Counted from the first letter of the whole stretch, positions 37,770 to 50,692 are shown. The stretch is DNA of 62,963 bases, filler included, from Octopus bimaculoides (GCF_001194135.2; 7 parts of 7 records of this genome joined end to end with filler, not necessarily neighbours in it), one strand, 5' to 3'. A program made the numbers and translations. The notes: a model not told the origin generated them from the sequence alone.

Positions 37770-38125
37770 AGGCATGGCCGTGCTGTTAAGAAGCTCGCTT
37801 TGCGACCGCGTGGTTTCAGGTTCAGTTCCACTGCACAGTATCTTCTACTATATTTTCTTGCGAGCAAGTGTGATAGATGAAAACTGTGTTGAAGCCCCGT
37901 CGTACATATGTGTGTGTTTGTGTTTGCTCCTCACACCGTTTGACAACCGGTGTCGGTTTGTTTGCACCCAGATAACTTAGCGGCTCAGCAAAAGACACAG
38001 ATAGAATAAGTACCAAACTTAAAAAAATATATATAATATGTCCTGGGTCCTGGGGTCGATTTGTTCGACTAAACCTCCCGAAAAGGTGCTCCAAAAGGAC
38101 CACAGTTCAATGACAGGAACAAGTG
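37770..38125 (+). mobile_element. SINE family 1, degenerate copy
   Basis: Head gcatggccgtgctgttaagaagctcgct..ggttcagttccactgc, core gacaaccggtgtcgg..taacttagcgg..gatagaataagtacc. Confidence 0.7.
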
Positions 38126-38613
38126 GTTTCAAATTTTAACTTAAGGTCAGCAATTTTAGGGTACATGGTAAGTCAAATGCACCGATCCCGAAAGAATGAA
38201 AAGCAAAGTTGACTTCAGCGGGACTTGAACTCAGAACATAATGAATAAAGAATGGTTGTGTAATTAGCTTCTCAAATCCGAAGTTTCAGATTCTATCTCA
38301 CCTTGAGCATCTTGAGCAAGTATCTTCTATCCATAGTACCAGGTTAACCAAAACGTTGTGAGCGATATTTGGTTGACAAGAAATTCGTGGATGTCCGTTG
38401 GAGGCATCTTTCCTATTCTTGGATGGTACACTTAATCAGCTACTTGGTTTTATACTCTATTTGGCTGTTAGCAACCTTTAAAGGAATGTACTTTGTTGTA
38501 TGTACTTCAGCCTGGGTCTTCGATTTAAGAAGTGCATTCTTCTTCACATTAGACTGGAACGGTCCTGAAAACATTTAGAGTGCTACCCTTCCTTCACTAA
38601 CTCGCCGATAAAA

Positions 38614-38826
38614 TACGAGGGAGTGCTGAAAAGTTCCTAGCTTTGGGTAAAAGAAAATACAGGAGAATCAGTTAATTATGATTTTATTCAACTTATTCCC
38701 CTCTCAGATTCACACACTTGTTGCAGCGGTCCTTCAATTTTTCTAAGCCATTTAAAAGGACTCGGGCCTCCGACCAGGCCTTTCGCAATACCCTTAAAGC
38801 CGCGAACCTTTCAGCATACCCTCGTA
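38614..38826. mobile_element. Mariner-derived MITE with TA target duplication
   Basis: Ends TACGAGGGAGTGCTGAAAAGTTC...GAACCTTTCAGCATACCCTCGTA. Closely similar to the copy at 22229-22453. Confidence 0.8.
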
Positions 38827-39873
38827 AATAATCCGAATTGTAAAAAATAAAAAAAATGAGCCAATAGTTTTGTCAACAATTTTATAAACATTCTTTAAAA
38901 TAAAGTTTGTGTTAGATTCTCTGACAGACATAGTAATTTAGAAATTGCAAATTTAATTAAACATTTCAGGATACTAAAAAAATGTAACGCGTTAATAAAA
39001 AAACTGAACACCACCGCTTTGTATTTCGTCATTTATCTAAACTTCACAGCTTTTAAAGTCCAGGATTTCTCGTGCTTTTTTTTTTAAAAACAAGAGAAGA
39101 AATGAAGAAATGACTTGACATACGCCATGTCTATAATTTGGTATGTTGATTCTGTAATGAAGAAAGAAAAAAGATATATTTATTGAGACAAAACGTATAA
39201 TTTTCAGATTCCCAGGACGTTTAAAAAACGTAAGTAGATAAATTATCACTACTCTACTGTATGTTCTACCTGTCTATGAGTAGGGAACATCGAGAGAGAG
39301 AGAGTCACCACAGTTTTACAGGTATGAAAAGTGTTCCGTTTGAAAAGAAAACTTGCCAAGATTTCTTAGTCATACAAAGTATTTGGTTTGTTTTAATTTC
39401 GGAATATTTGTTGATTGCAATAGGATTCTCAAGAATACAAAACAAGTCATAATTTACCGTATTTTCCGGCACACACGTTGATGTAGTATATAGTGTAAGC
39501 ATGTAGTGTAAACATTCAAATATTATCGCTATCTTCACAAATCCTGCTGCATTTCATATGGAAATTTTCGTTCTTCAAAGTCGTCTTGGTGTTTTAGCCA
39601 ACCTACGGTTTTTTTTTTTACTACAAACTTTGAAAATTTTGACTTGTTTGCCGGAAAGTACAGTATACTAAAATGGTCTTAATTTTGATTTAGCATAAGA
39701 ATTTGTTGTTGTTGTTTAGCTTTCTATCTGTATTAAAACATAAAGAAGTTGTTTATATTTGTGTTTCTGAAAAAGCTAACAAATCCAAACATGTTTTATT
39801 TAAAGAACAGATCTCAACATTTTACAGTTAACTACTAATTAACAGTTATTTCAACAGTGAAATGGGAACAAAC

Positions 39874-40244
39874 CTTTGACTGGATATCATCTGATTTATA
39901 AACCGATGTCATAGCATCTTCGTAAGTTGGTAAAGAAGAGGAATCTCCCAGAGTTTGGTGAGAGTAGGTTAAGTTGTTCCTGATATTGTTATTTGGTGTG
40001 TCGGATTGATAAGAAACTGTTGAGAAAAGACTGTCAGTCTGGGAGAAGGCACTGTCAGTGGAAACACTTCGATCGATTCCTTTGTGTTGGTCACTTGAAT
40101 CATCGTCATCATCGGAAGAAGAAGAATCGGACGAAAACTCAGACTTTGATGCCAAATTTGGTAAGCTTCCGACGGTGCTAACCATTGCTAACGATGCAAA
40201 TTCACTAAGAGCTTTTAGTGCCAGACTGCTCCGTTTTCGTTTTT
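39874..40244 (-). CDS. Internal or late coding exon of an unidentified gene; Ser/Asp-rich disordered segment with LPTY motif
   Basis: Strong acceptor ttttttctttctttttag|AA AAA CGA, 123 open codons (KRKRSSLALKALSEFASLAMVSTVGSLPNLASKSEFSSDSSSSDDDDD...LPTYEDAM...DIQSK), donor AAG|gtttgt. The sequence is not a simple repeat. Read-through to TAG at 39835 is an alternative 3' end. Confidence 0.65.
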
Positions 40245-41172
40245 CTAAAAAGAAAGAAAAAAATAAATCAAAAAGAAGAGAAATCAACATAACAAAGTAA
40301 TATTCGATCAACAGTTTTATTTACAAACTGATTTGCTTCACGCCATAAACTCTTCTTTGTCAGTCATCTCACTTAAATTATAAAAAAAGTTGTTTTTAAG
40401 AAAGTCACACGCCATCATTTTTAGTTTTCTAGAAGTTGACTCTTAAACGTTTTACTAAAACGGGTCTTTCACCATTCTCTGAGTGTCTGATCCTAGTTTT
40501 GCAGCTGATAAACACTAAGAACCCCAGGAGAATCGGAAATAGTAGAGAGAGAGATATTTTGTTGTCAATTCAAGCTATGACTTAATTTCGATTTAAGATT
40601 GTAACTCAATTCACCTCACTAATTCCAAAATGTTTTAAATATATTTCATATTTTCCCTTTCCTCATATCTCAATGACAATGCTTCTAACATGAATTTTGT
40701 AGGGTGGAACGAGACAGCTTTTGCACAACCCTCTTGAATTTGAAAGAATTCTTCCTTTCAAATTCAAGAGGGCAGCGGGTTTCTTTTCAAAAAAGGCTCG
40801 TCAGAAATTGTCTCCTCCTTGATTCTCTAAGGCCCAGGCAGATGTAACAACTGGACCCTCCCCCACTTGTAGGCTTAGCTGGATAAAGCTAATTCTCTAT
40901 TAGTAGGCAGTATTTTTTAATTCTCTTCGTAGAGGTTTTTCTGTATAGAGGCCACAGCGTTAATAGTGTAGCGACTGCTGCAATGTTATTGCTGCAATCA
41001 TGTAACTTATTTTTTCATAGTTTAGACAGATTTAACGACTTGAGATTAAGCTAACCTCAAATCATTAAAGCCTTGTTGTTGAGTTTGATAAACGGTGGAA
41101 TTGTGTAGAAGTCTTAGGGAGACCATTCTTGTTTTTTTAATAATATACATAGTCTGTCGCCTGATTCAATAC

Positions 41173-41241
41173 CATCAATTGGGTCTTGAGTGTCTTCATC
41201 AGGGCCCAGATTTCTGTAAGCGTTCAGACCAAAATTATGGT
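41173..41241 (-). CDS. Candidate 69-nt phase-1/phase-1 exon of the same minus-strand gene (xHNFGLNAYRNLGPDEDTQDPID)
   Basis: Acceptor tcattttcag|AC, donor GATG|gtattg. Splices in frame to the 40244 acceptor (G|AA = Glu). An alternative acceptor follows the long poly-T tract about 25 nt upstream. Confidence 0.45.
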
Positions 41242-41744
41242 CTGAAAATGATTTCATTCCATCAGTCTCTCAGGTCAAGAAAAAAAAAAAGAAAAAAAAT
41301 GAAAAGAAAGTTGCTCTTCTCTTGTAATTAAATCATGTAAAAAAAAAAAGACAATGTGCACCAATATTTAATTTTGAAACGAGAACGCCCCAAACAAGAC
41401 CTTGTGAGCCCTATGCTGTCTTTACTAACTCTAGATGCAACATTTTTATACTCACAAGGTGAGCGCCATAGGGTGACATCTAGGTGAATTAATTCTTCGA
41501 TCAATTTTTATTTCGTATTGGAAGCTAATTTATTCCAGTTGCGTCCTTAGANNNNNNNNNNNNNNNNNNNNNNNNNNNNNNNNNNNNNNNNNNNNTTAAT
41601 TAATTAANNNNNNNNNNNNNNNNNNNNNNNNNNNNNNNNNNNNNNNNNNNNTTACCAAGTCCACTCACAAAGCTTTGGTCGGTCCGAGGCTATAGCAGAA
41701 GTCATTTGCCCAAGGTGTCACGCAGTGGGACTGAACCCGGAACC

Positions 41745-41796
<52 letters not shown>

Positions 41797-42650
41797 NNNN
41801 NNNNNNNNNNNNNNNNNNNNNNNNNNNNNNNNNNNNNNNNNNNNNNNNNNNNNNNNNNNNNNNNNNNNNNNNNNNNNNNNNNNNNNNNNNNNNNNNNNNN
41901 NNNNNNNNNNNNNNNNNNNNNNNNNNNNNNNNNNNNNNNNNNNNNNNNNNNNNNNNNNNNNNNNNNNNNNNNNNNNNNNNNNNNNNNNNNNNNNNNNNNN
42001 NNNNNNNNNNNNNNNNNNNNNNNNNNNNNNNNNNNNNNNNNNNNNNNNNNNNNNNNNNNNNNNNNNNNNNNNNNNNNNNNNNNNNNNNNNNNNNNNNNNN
42101 NNNNNNNNNNNNNNNNNNNNNNNNNNNNNNNNNNNNNNNNNNNNNNNNNNNNNNNNNNNNNNNNNNNNNNNNNNNNNNNNNNNNNNNCAAAACAAACAGC
42201 ATGAATTAGTTTGACACTCAGCAAAATTTGAATTTGAAGATATTTTAAGTTTTCATGCCTAGGTTGTCCCACGGAAAGGGTACAAGATGAAGGAAAATAG
42301 AGAGAAAAGAACAAGTGTGTCTGTGTTTTATATAAATATATATATTTAAATTTAAAATACAGAGATGCCTATAATAGGACATCTAACCCGCTAGAAAGAG
42401 CAGCAAAGAACTCTGTACCACAAAAATAGGGATAATTTCGAAAGGGAATGAAAAATAAAAACATTTACCAATCCATTTTCCGTACCATGGTTTCAAGCTA
42501 TTTTAGCAAAATAAAAAAAGTATTTTGCGAGGTCAGCTATCTTCAGTGGAACACCCAGATAGAACATATAAACAGGAGTCACTACATAGGAAACATGACT
42601 TATGCTTGTATGCTTAATTTTTCAATGCTGATTTTCTTTCGAGAAGGTGA

Positions 42651-42990
42651 ATGACAATGACCTTTTTTGCGCGCACAGTTTGTGACAGACCATGCCTTTC
42701 TTTTGCTGGGCTCAAATCTCATTTCTGAACTTATTGAAAAAAACGAACCGCCACCAACTATTCTGTCTAAATGTCTGTGCACACCTTTGAATGCAGTGTA
42801 TGCCAGAAGGTTTGAAAATTCAACGGAGGCCTCAAAAGACATTAAGATCACAAAAATTAGAACTTATCTGCAGCTCTTGGTGATCCAGATCAGATGTGTA
42901 ATCTATGTAGGTATCTTTTCAGAACAATGTCTTGTTTAAAAAGCCACATCTGATGCCATGATGGTTATAAGGCGTAGATAGAGGAGGTGA
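42651..42990 (+). pseudogene. Degenerate three-finger C2H2 array, probably the C-terminus of an RTE-type LINE ORF2
   Basis: CAHS-CDRPCLSFAGLKSHF*; FECSVCQKV*KFNGGLKRH*DH; MCNLCRYLFRTMSCLKSHI*CH. Several stops, and no TGEKP linkers. Confidence 0.6.
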
Positions 42991-43675
42991 GGTGGTCAAA
43001 CCCTGCATAATACATGTATGTATGGATGGTTGTATGCATGTATTTTTAAATATTTATCTACATCTATAATCTTCCTAATATGTAAGTAATACAAAATTGA
43101 AAGTAAACAACAGCCAAGTTTTCTTTATTCCTGAATTTCAGAATGAAACATCTACTGCCGCTAAATGCTATGAAGAAATGTGTCTGTTTTATACTAAAAG
43201 TCCACTAGGAGACATTGATTTTATGAATATATGACTCTCCCGTCGAAGACAACGTACGAGTGTTCAGGTTTTGTGGAACGACTTGCATAAATGATTTGTC
43301 TATAGTGAGCAACACATTTGTTCACTCACTTCATTGAATCGACGTTGTGTAAACAGGTGCAATGTGTGCCACGAGTCAGTTGCCGAAGTGATTACAGGGC
43401 AACACAAGATGAAGTGTTTTGCTCCAGAACACAATGCACCACCCGGTCTAGGAATTGAAATCACGGTCGCTAGATATACATGTGTGTGTGTGAGCTGCAT
43501 GGCTTAGTGATTAGGGTATTCGGAGCAAAACGAATACCCTATTTATTTGATGTTGCTCCAGTTCATTCAGCTGTACCTATAATTCAAAGAACCAACCTTA
43601 TAACATTGAATCTCCCTGAGAACTACGTTAAGGATAAAGATGCCTATGGAGTGCTCAGCCACTTGCACGTTTGAG

Positions 43676-44730
43676 ACATTTTCAGGAGATATTTATTCAT
43701 TTCAAAGAAATACAAGCTTCTAATCTCTATCAAAGTAGAAACAGTCATCTGACTTCAAAGCACTTGTAGCACTCCATCCACATCTTGAAAACCGCATGGG
43801 AATCCTCTAGGGTGAAGTTTTCCAAGACCTTCATCTTCTTCAACTTGGGGAACAATCAAATGTCACAGGGAGCAACATCTTGCCGGTAGGGAAAATGAGG
43901 GACAGTTCGGAATTGTGGACCGGTGTATTGTCTTGGTGCAGTTTCTCTGACTTGTGACAAAATCTCTTTCTGAATTCCCTCAAAACCTCTACAAAATACC
44001 CCTTCTTACCCGTCTGACCAGACGGAACCAAGTGAGTGTAGAGGATGCACTTACTGTCGAAAAAGAGGATCAATATGAGCTCCCTGTTGGACTTACTTTG
44101 CCTGCCCTTCTTGAATCTGGGGGCGCCAGGATGTGCAAAATGTGTCCATCTCTTGGCCTGTGGATCATAACAATAGTTCCAGTTTTCGTCACATGTAACT
44201 GAAGACTCGAGCACTCTTGGCTTGTGGGTAATGAGCTCAACCATTTCCCTCTTGTGACCAACGGATCTTTTCTTCTTCTTCATCATTAAACACCCTGAGA
44301 AGAAACTTTGCACACATTTTGAGCGTATTCAGAAGAACTTCATGAATAATTCCGTGTACAATTGTCACACCAACTCTAAGCTGTATGCTTATTGTCTTTA
44401 GAGACACACAGTGGTTTTCATCCTGAATGTTACACTTTTTCACAACAGGCTCTGAGTCCTGATGTAACTCTCCCTCCCACACTTTGCATCAATTCTCACC
44501 TCCACTCGGTCATCCTTGAGTCTCTTGTGCCAACGAAAAACAAATACCTGGTTCACACAAGGTGATCCATACGCAGTCTCTAGCATTTATATGTTCCTTT
44601 AGTGTTTTTAACTCAGCTTAACACAGAACTTAATTGCATAGCGAGCTTCCAAATTATCTCTATGTCCCAATTGCATTATGCAAACGAATCAACTGTGATG
44701 AGCAGTGGTCAGTAGGGTGCATTCAAAGTG
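43676..44730 (-). mobile_element. Decayed mariner transposon (transposase pseudogene)
   Basis: VTCDENWNYCYDPQ (DE-W-Y-YDP motif), LILFFDSKCILYTHLVPSGQT..YFVEVLREFRKRF..LHQDNTPVH (HDNA-like motif), plus upstream HTH-region frames. Multiple frameshifts. Confidence 0.85.
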
Positions 44731-44873
44731 CTGTTTCAGCATCTCCTTCAGTCTGGAATAAAATGTCGACAGTTCAGCTTATTTGGTGCATAGTAATGGT
44801 GTACTAAAAAGAATAATAATCGAGGACAGTTATAACTGCCTCTCCGAAAATGTCACAAACCATCTGGACTGCA

Positions 44874-44914
<41 letters not shown>

Positions 44915-45074
44915 TAAAATTTAATAATAAGGGTAGAAATTTGTCTTGCCCTTTTACGGTCTGTTGTCTCGCTGAAATTTTTACTGAGAACATATTCTTC
45001 GTGGTTAGATGATTCGGCATCTATTTCTAGCATATAGGAGTCCACTTTTGCTGGTCATTCCTCTTATTTTTGTA

Positions 45075-45500
45075 TAGCTGGTCATTAAAAATGAAATGTC
45101 CGATTTTCTTATGCACCAAGTTTAACAGTCGTTAACTCTAATAGCAATTCTTTGTTTTACAACATTGAAGAGTTACATCATCACTTTTTGAAATGCAATT
45201 CACGGCGTCTGATTATATTGTGAGTTTTCTCTTGTAAATCAAATTTTGTGAACCTATGGATGGATAAAAACATTCATGTTGTTCATGGATATGAGTTCCA
45301 TCATGGAACAAATGCATGCCAGACTGCTCGAAACATCAGTAAGGTGTTTGGTGAAGATGTAGCGAATGGGTGCACTGTACGTCGATGGTCTTGGTCGAAG
45401 TCTTGGTCTGGTGACTTTACTCTTGAAAATCATCCCTGTAGTAGACCTGAGACCAAGGTGGATAATGATGAGCTGGAAACTGTAGTGGTGCATTTCAGAA
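45075..45500 (+). mobile_element. Mariner transposase N-terminal (HTH) fragment
   Basis: YEFHHGTNACQTARNISKVFGEDVANGCTVRRW..SGDFTLENHPCSRPETKVDNDEL, a typical mariner N-terminus. Confidence 0.8.
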
Positions 45501-46273
45501 AAAAAAGTTGATGTCCTCCACCATCATCACTACAAGAACTGGAGACTGTTTTAGCNNNNNNNNNNNNNNNNNNNNNNNNNNNNNNNNNNNNNNNNNNNNT
45601 TAATTAATTAANNNNNNNNNNNNNNNNNNNNNNNNNNNNNNNNNNNNNNNNNNNNTATATATATGCATGTATGTATATGTGTATATGTATGTATATGTAT
45701 GTATATATTTGTGTGTGGGTGTGTGTGTGTGTGTGTGTATACTATCACCATCGCCAACGCCAACTTCTGAAACCACCGTAAACCCATAAAGCCATACCGG
45801 CCATAACTACCATTAACATCCAACAGCCAAAACAACCGCCATTACTGTACATGCCACCACCATGACCAATAGCAACATCAACGCAACAACTACAACAACT
45901 GCTATTACAAACCGTCATTACTATACATTCCACCACCACCACCACCACCATCACTAACTCCATCAATAGCACCAACGCCATCTCCACCGACGCCTAAATA
46001 TTAGAAAGCAGTAAATTTCACCATAACATTATGGAAGAGATATACTGAGATAATATTGTTAAGCTGTTGATTGAAAGCTTTTATCAAAGGCTTAGGTGTA
46101 CGTACAGTAGATTTATAGTAGACTTACGATGAAGGGAACATGTCTAGATTAGGCCTACAGACATGTGTGATTGCGTATATATATATATATATATACATAC
46201 ATACACACACATATACATACATATATATTATATATATTATATATACATGTATGTTTATATATATACATATATG

Positions 46274-46305
<32 letters not shown>

Positions 46306-46476
46306 TATAGATGTATATACTCATGTATATATGCATGTATATGTCTGTGTATGTATATACGCATACATAGAGAGAAAGGGAAATATTGTTGACATTTTAC
46401 GCACATACACACAGTGATATATACAGCTTTATCTCTCACAACTAAATAGTAGTGTATGTCTAAGTGTGTCCCCGTT

Positions 46477-46554
<78 letters not shown>

Positions 46555-46954
46555 CATAAATATGTATGTATGTATGTATATAAAATATATATATATGTAT
46601 ATATGTATATATATGTATGTATATATACATATATATGTGCGTATATATGTGTGTGCGAGTGTGTGTATGTGCGTGTGAGTGTGTGTGTGTGTGTGTAAAG
46701 TTTGTAGCTTGGTGATAGTAGTGCGGTAGTGATAATAGTGTTGGTAGTAGTAGTAGTAGTAGTAATCGTGTTTGAAAATCAGTATTCGAAATGCTTGTCC
46801 ACAAAACACGTGAAAACTCTACCGTGGCGGAAACGTTGAATGCGTCAGAAAAATGCGGTGGTACTCTGCAGACATTATCAAGGTGGAATATATAAGTTAT
46901 ACTAAAATTGATTAAAATATAAATTAGAATGTGTTTATATACATAAGTGTGGAT

Positions 46955-47490
46955 GGGCGCAGAAGTGGCTGTGTGGTAAGTAACTTGCTTACCGACTACA
47001 TGATTCCGGGTTCATTCCCACTGCGTGGCACCTTGGGCAAGTGTCTTCTACTATAGCCTCGGGCCGACCAATGCCTTGTGAGTGGATTTGGTAGACGGAA
47101 ACTGAAGGAAGTCCGTCGTATATATGTATTTATATATATTAAAAGTTCAAATTAAAACAAAGCACAAAGGATTTCGCGGTCTCGGCCACTATCTGGCATA
47201 TACATGAGCTTACAATTATCAAGTATTACCTCTAAAATTTGTATTTATATATATATATGTGTGTGTGTATATATGTTTGTGTGTCTGTGTTTGTCCCCAC
47301 AAACATCGCTTGACAACCGATACTGGTGTGTTTACGTCCCCGTAACTTAGCGGTTCGGCAAACGAGGCCGATAGAATAAGTACTAGGCTCACAAAGAATA
47401 AGTCCTGGGGTCGATTTGCTCGACTAATGGCGGTGCTCCAGCATAGCTGCAGTCAAATGACTGGAACGAGTAAAAGAGTAAAAGAGTACA
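46955..47490 (+). mobile_element. tRNA-headed SINE (family 1) with central TA/TG microsatellite and an about 110-bp foreign insert
   Basis: Head gtggctgtgtggtaag..ggttcattcccactgcgtggcacc, tail ..gtcaaatgactggaacgagtaaaagagtaaaaga. The same family recurs at least 8 times in the window. Confidence 0.88.
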
Positions 47491-47529
47491 CACACACACA
47501 TATTAAATAATAAAACGAATGGTTCATAC

Positions 47530-47683
47530 CTGGTAGATCGTAAAGCTTGATCACTTCCACAGTGTTCGTTGTGTATTTGGTTACTAATAGTAAAATGAAA
47601 GAATAGTTTAATAACCCACCTACTGGAAACAGCAAACGTATAGATACCGCCACATCGTGATAGTAGCAATGATTGTGATATAG
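47530..47683 (-). CDS. Candidate exon ending ...VTKYTTNTVEVIKLYDLP (acceptor uncertain: 47683, 47622 or 47583)
   Basis: Strong donor CCAG|gtatga at 47529. The 154-nt version is phase 0 to 1, compatible with both the 47966 and 41241 exons. Confidence 0.28.
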
Positions 47684-47965
47684 CTAACACGGTAACAACG
47701 TCGGCCATATATACAAAGAAATGTAATAAATGCTCATGCAAAGAAAAATAAAAATGCCCATTGATTAACCTCTGTATGAATTAAAATGTTATTCTCACTT
47801 AAACGTCGATGTACTGTAAGAGAAAACCTGACTGCAGTAGATACCAAGTGAGTAACTCTCATATAAGCTTTTAGTGCAAAATTCGCTCATTTGCATCGCT
47901 AGCCAAGAGATAAATCCCAGCAATTTCCAGTGCCAAGACCATCAGATCCCATGATTTCGGCTTAC

Positions 47966-48029
47966 TTTGGTCTTGTCAATGATGAATGCTCGTCCGCTGC
48001 GCTGGACGTAGCAGGGATTTACCTCTCCG
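47966..48029 (-). CDS. Candidate 64-nt exon (GEVNPCYVQRSGRAFIIDKTK), possibly an upstream exon of the minus-strand gene
   Basis: Acceptor cactcttgtttctttcgctag|, donor CAAA|gtaagc. Only one frame is open, and the segment is GC-rich relative to its flanks. Confidence 0.38.
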
Positions 48030-49278
48030 CTAGCGAAAGAAACAAGAGTGAATTTTGCACCAAATTAGTAAACGGATGAAGTAAACGGATGACGTGATAA
48101 AGCAAAGTAGTGAAATGTTGATACAATCGACTCGTTGTCCAATGACTAATAAAATAATTTATAAAAATCATTAATTATAACTGTAAAAGTGAAGTATCAC
48201 TTGTGATATCGGTTGTGGCGATGAGACAAGCGGGAAGAGCTGGAGGTTACTTATTGTTTATTTATTTGTTTTACGGGAAATAATTCGGAACCCTCGTACC
48301 AAGTAGCGCTTATCTTTTCTTATTTGTACTTCCGTTGAGAGAGGTCTGGTCTCTCACGTAATAATTACATACATACATTTATGCACACGTCCACTTATAA
48401 ACACACACACACACATCAGCACCCCCCACACACACACACAATTTTTTTATGAGGCTCAATTACAAAAGTAACTGTATAATCTATGCCAAATATCCTACAG
48501 ATGGAAAGTGGGCACAGACACAACGGAATCGCACCAAAAGATTCTGCGGTAGACCGTCGGCTACGCAGCTCAGTGACTTTAATTTTTTTTAATAAATAAA
48601 GAAGAAACAAGAAAATTAATTGCTTTTTCATTTGTAATTTTCAAAGTCTCTAATTGCATAGTTATAAGCTGGCAGCTCTCTCTAGTGATATGAACCACGT
48701 CATATCATTGCGGACATCTTGGTAGCTACTTCCAGCAGTCAAGTTTACAGTAGTTCCTAAATCCCATAGTTCATTTATATTTCAACAAAATTAACTCTTT
48801 ATCAAAGGAGGAATAGACAATACAACAAAAGAATTTGATGCCGTTCTCTTTTCTCAATTCGTAGCGTTTGTAAAGCAAACGAACCGGTTTCGAATGGGAT
48901 CGAAACCGACACATACAATCACAGATCTAGAATAATCCAATTTTTACATTTTATCTTGCCTTGCACTTAAAAATCACAACATTCTCTTTCTGTCGTATGT
49001 TTTCATTACATTTTATTACTGGCATACACATTTTTGAAATATCATTTTTCAAAAAAGTCATATTTCAGTCATGTTCTCCCATACATCATATTGCCCCGTT
49101 CCATATCTGCCTCAGATTGTGACTGTAATGAAGAAAAGGTTTTATTACGAATCCATACTTGATACTCTTTCACTATTAGCATATAATGAGAAAATACATA
49201 TACATACACATACGTACACGTGATAGATATATAAAATGCTATATATACATTAAATATATATTCATATACATATATGTT

Positions 49279-49318
<40 letters not shown>

Positions 49319-49343
49319 CACATATACATATATTCTATATTAA

Positions 49344-49385
<42 letters not shown>

Positions 49386-49617
49386 TAAAATGTTATATAT
49401 ATACATATACATATATATATAAACCTTTACATATATATTTTCATATTAAATGCATATATATATATATATATATATATGTTAAAATATGATATATATATAC
49501 GTATATACAAATATATACAAATGGATGTGTGTTAAAATATGATAAATACGTGATATATATATGCACATGTGTACATGTATAGATATATATGTATGTGTGT
49601 GTATGCGTGTGTGTGTG

Positions 49618-49654
<37 letters not shown>

Positions 49655-49914
49655 TTGTGTGTGTGTAGTAACGTGTGAATGACTTTATATGAATGTGTTC
49701 GCTTGGGTGTATCAATCGGCCTGGTTGTGTAGCAGGTGGAAAGATGGAGAAGTTTCGGGATTTCAAGGAATTTTANNNNNNNNNNNNNNNNNNNNNNNNN
49801 NNNNNNNNNNNNNNNNNNNTTAATTAATTAANNNNNNNNNNNNNNNNNNNNNNNNNNNNNNNNNNNNNNNNNNNNATGTATATCTATCTATATATATATA
49901 TATATATATATAAT

Positions 49915-50297
49915 CATCATCATCATCATCGTCGTCATTGTCATTTAACATCCACTTTCCATGCTGGCATGGGTTGTACAGTTTGACTGAGGGCTGGCAG
50001 GCCAGAAGGCTGTACCAGGCTCCAATCCAATCTGGCAAAGTTTCTACAGCTAGATGACCCTCCTAACGCCAACCACTCCAAGAGTGTAGTGGGTGCTTTT
50101 TATGCAATGACCATGCTCGAATGGTGCTTTTTACGTGCCACCAACATGAGACCAGTTAGCTGGCACTGGCATTGTACCACACTCGAATGGTGCTTTTTAC
50201 ATGCCACTGGTACGGGAGCCAGTCAGGTGGCACTGGCAACGATCACGCTTGAATGGTGCTTTTAATGTGCCACTGGCACGGGTGCCAATTAGGCGGA
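49915..50297 (-). mobile_element. Probable RTE-tail SINE or LINE 3' end with (GAT)n tail and three 66-bp internal repeats
   Basis: (cat)n tail at 49915, motif gatgaccctcctaacgccaacc, and ctcgaatggtgctttt units at 50116, 50182 and 50248. Confidence 0.6.
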
Positions 50298-50398
50298 TAT
50301 ATTTATATATATATATATTTATATATATATAAAGTTTATAGAAATACATAAATCTGGAAGAGAAGCACACTCTAAGATGTAGAGCCATTAATATTATA

Positions 50399-50628
50399 AT
50401 GGGGGAGGCCGGTTTATGGGGTTACCTTGGGTTTCTGGCGTATCTTCAGACCCCAAACACTGCTGGGAAATAATCGTCTAGTGTTTATCTTTATAGCAAG
50501 GAATTTTCCCCCTCGATATTTTGAAGAAGTCTTAGGCTAGCAGTGTTTGGAGTCTAAAGATATGCTGTAAGGCTAAACCCCTTATGAACGAGAAACCCAA
50601 GGTAACCCCATAAACCGGTCTCTCCCAT
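50399..50628. mobile_element. 230-bp MITE with about 38-bp terminal inverted repeats and a second internal inverted pair
   Basis: atgggggaggccggtttatggggttaccttgggtttct / agaaacccaaggtaaccccataaaccggtctctcccat. Inner pair gcgtatcttcagaccccaaacactgct / agcagtgtttggagtctaaagatatgc. TA flanks on both sides. Confidence 0.8.
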
Positions 50629-50658
50629 TAAATATATATGTATCTATCTATCTATCTA

Positions 50659-50692
<34 letters not shown>

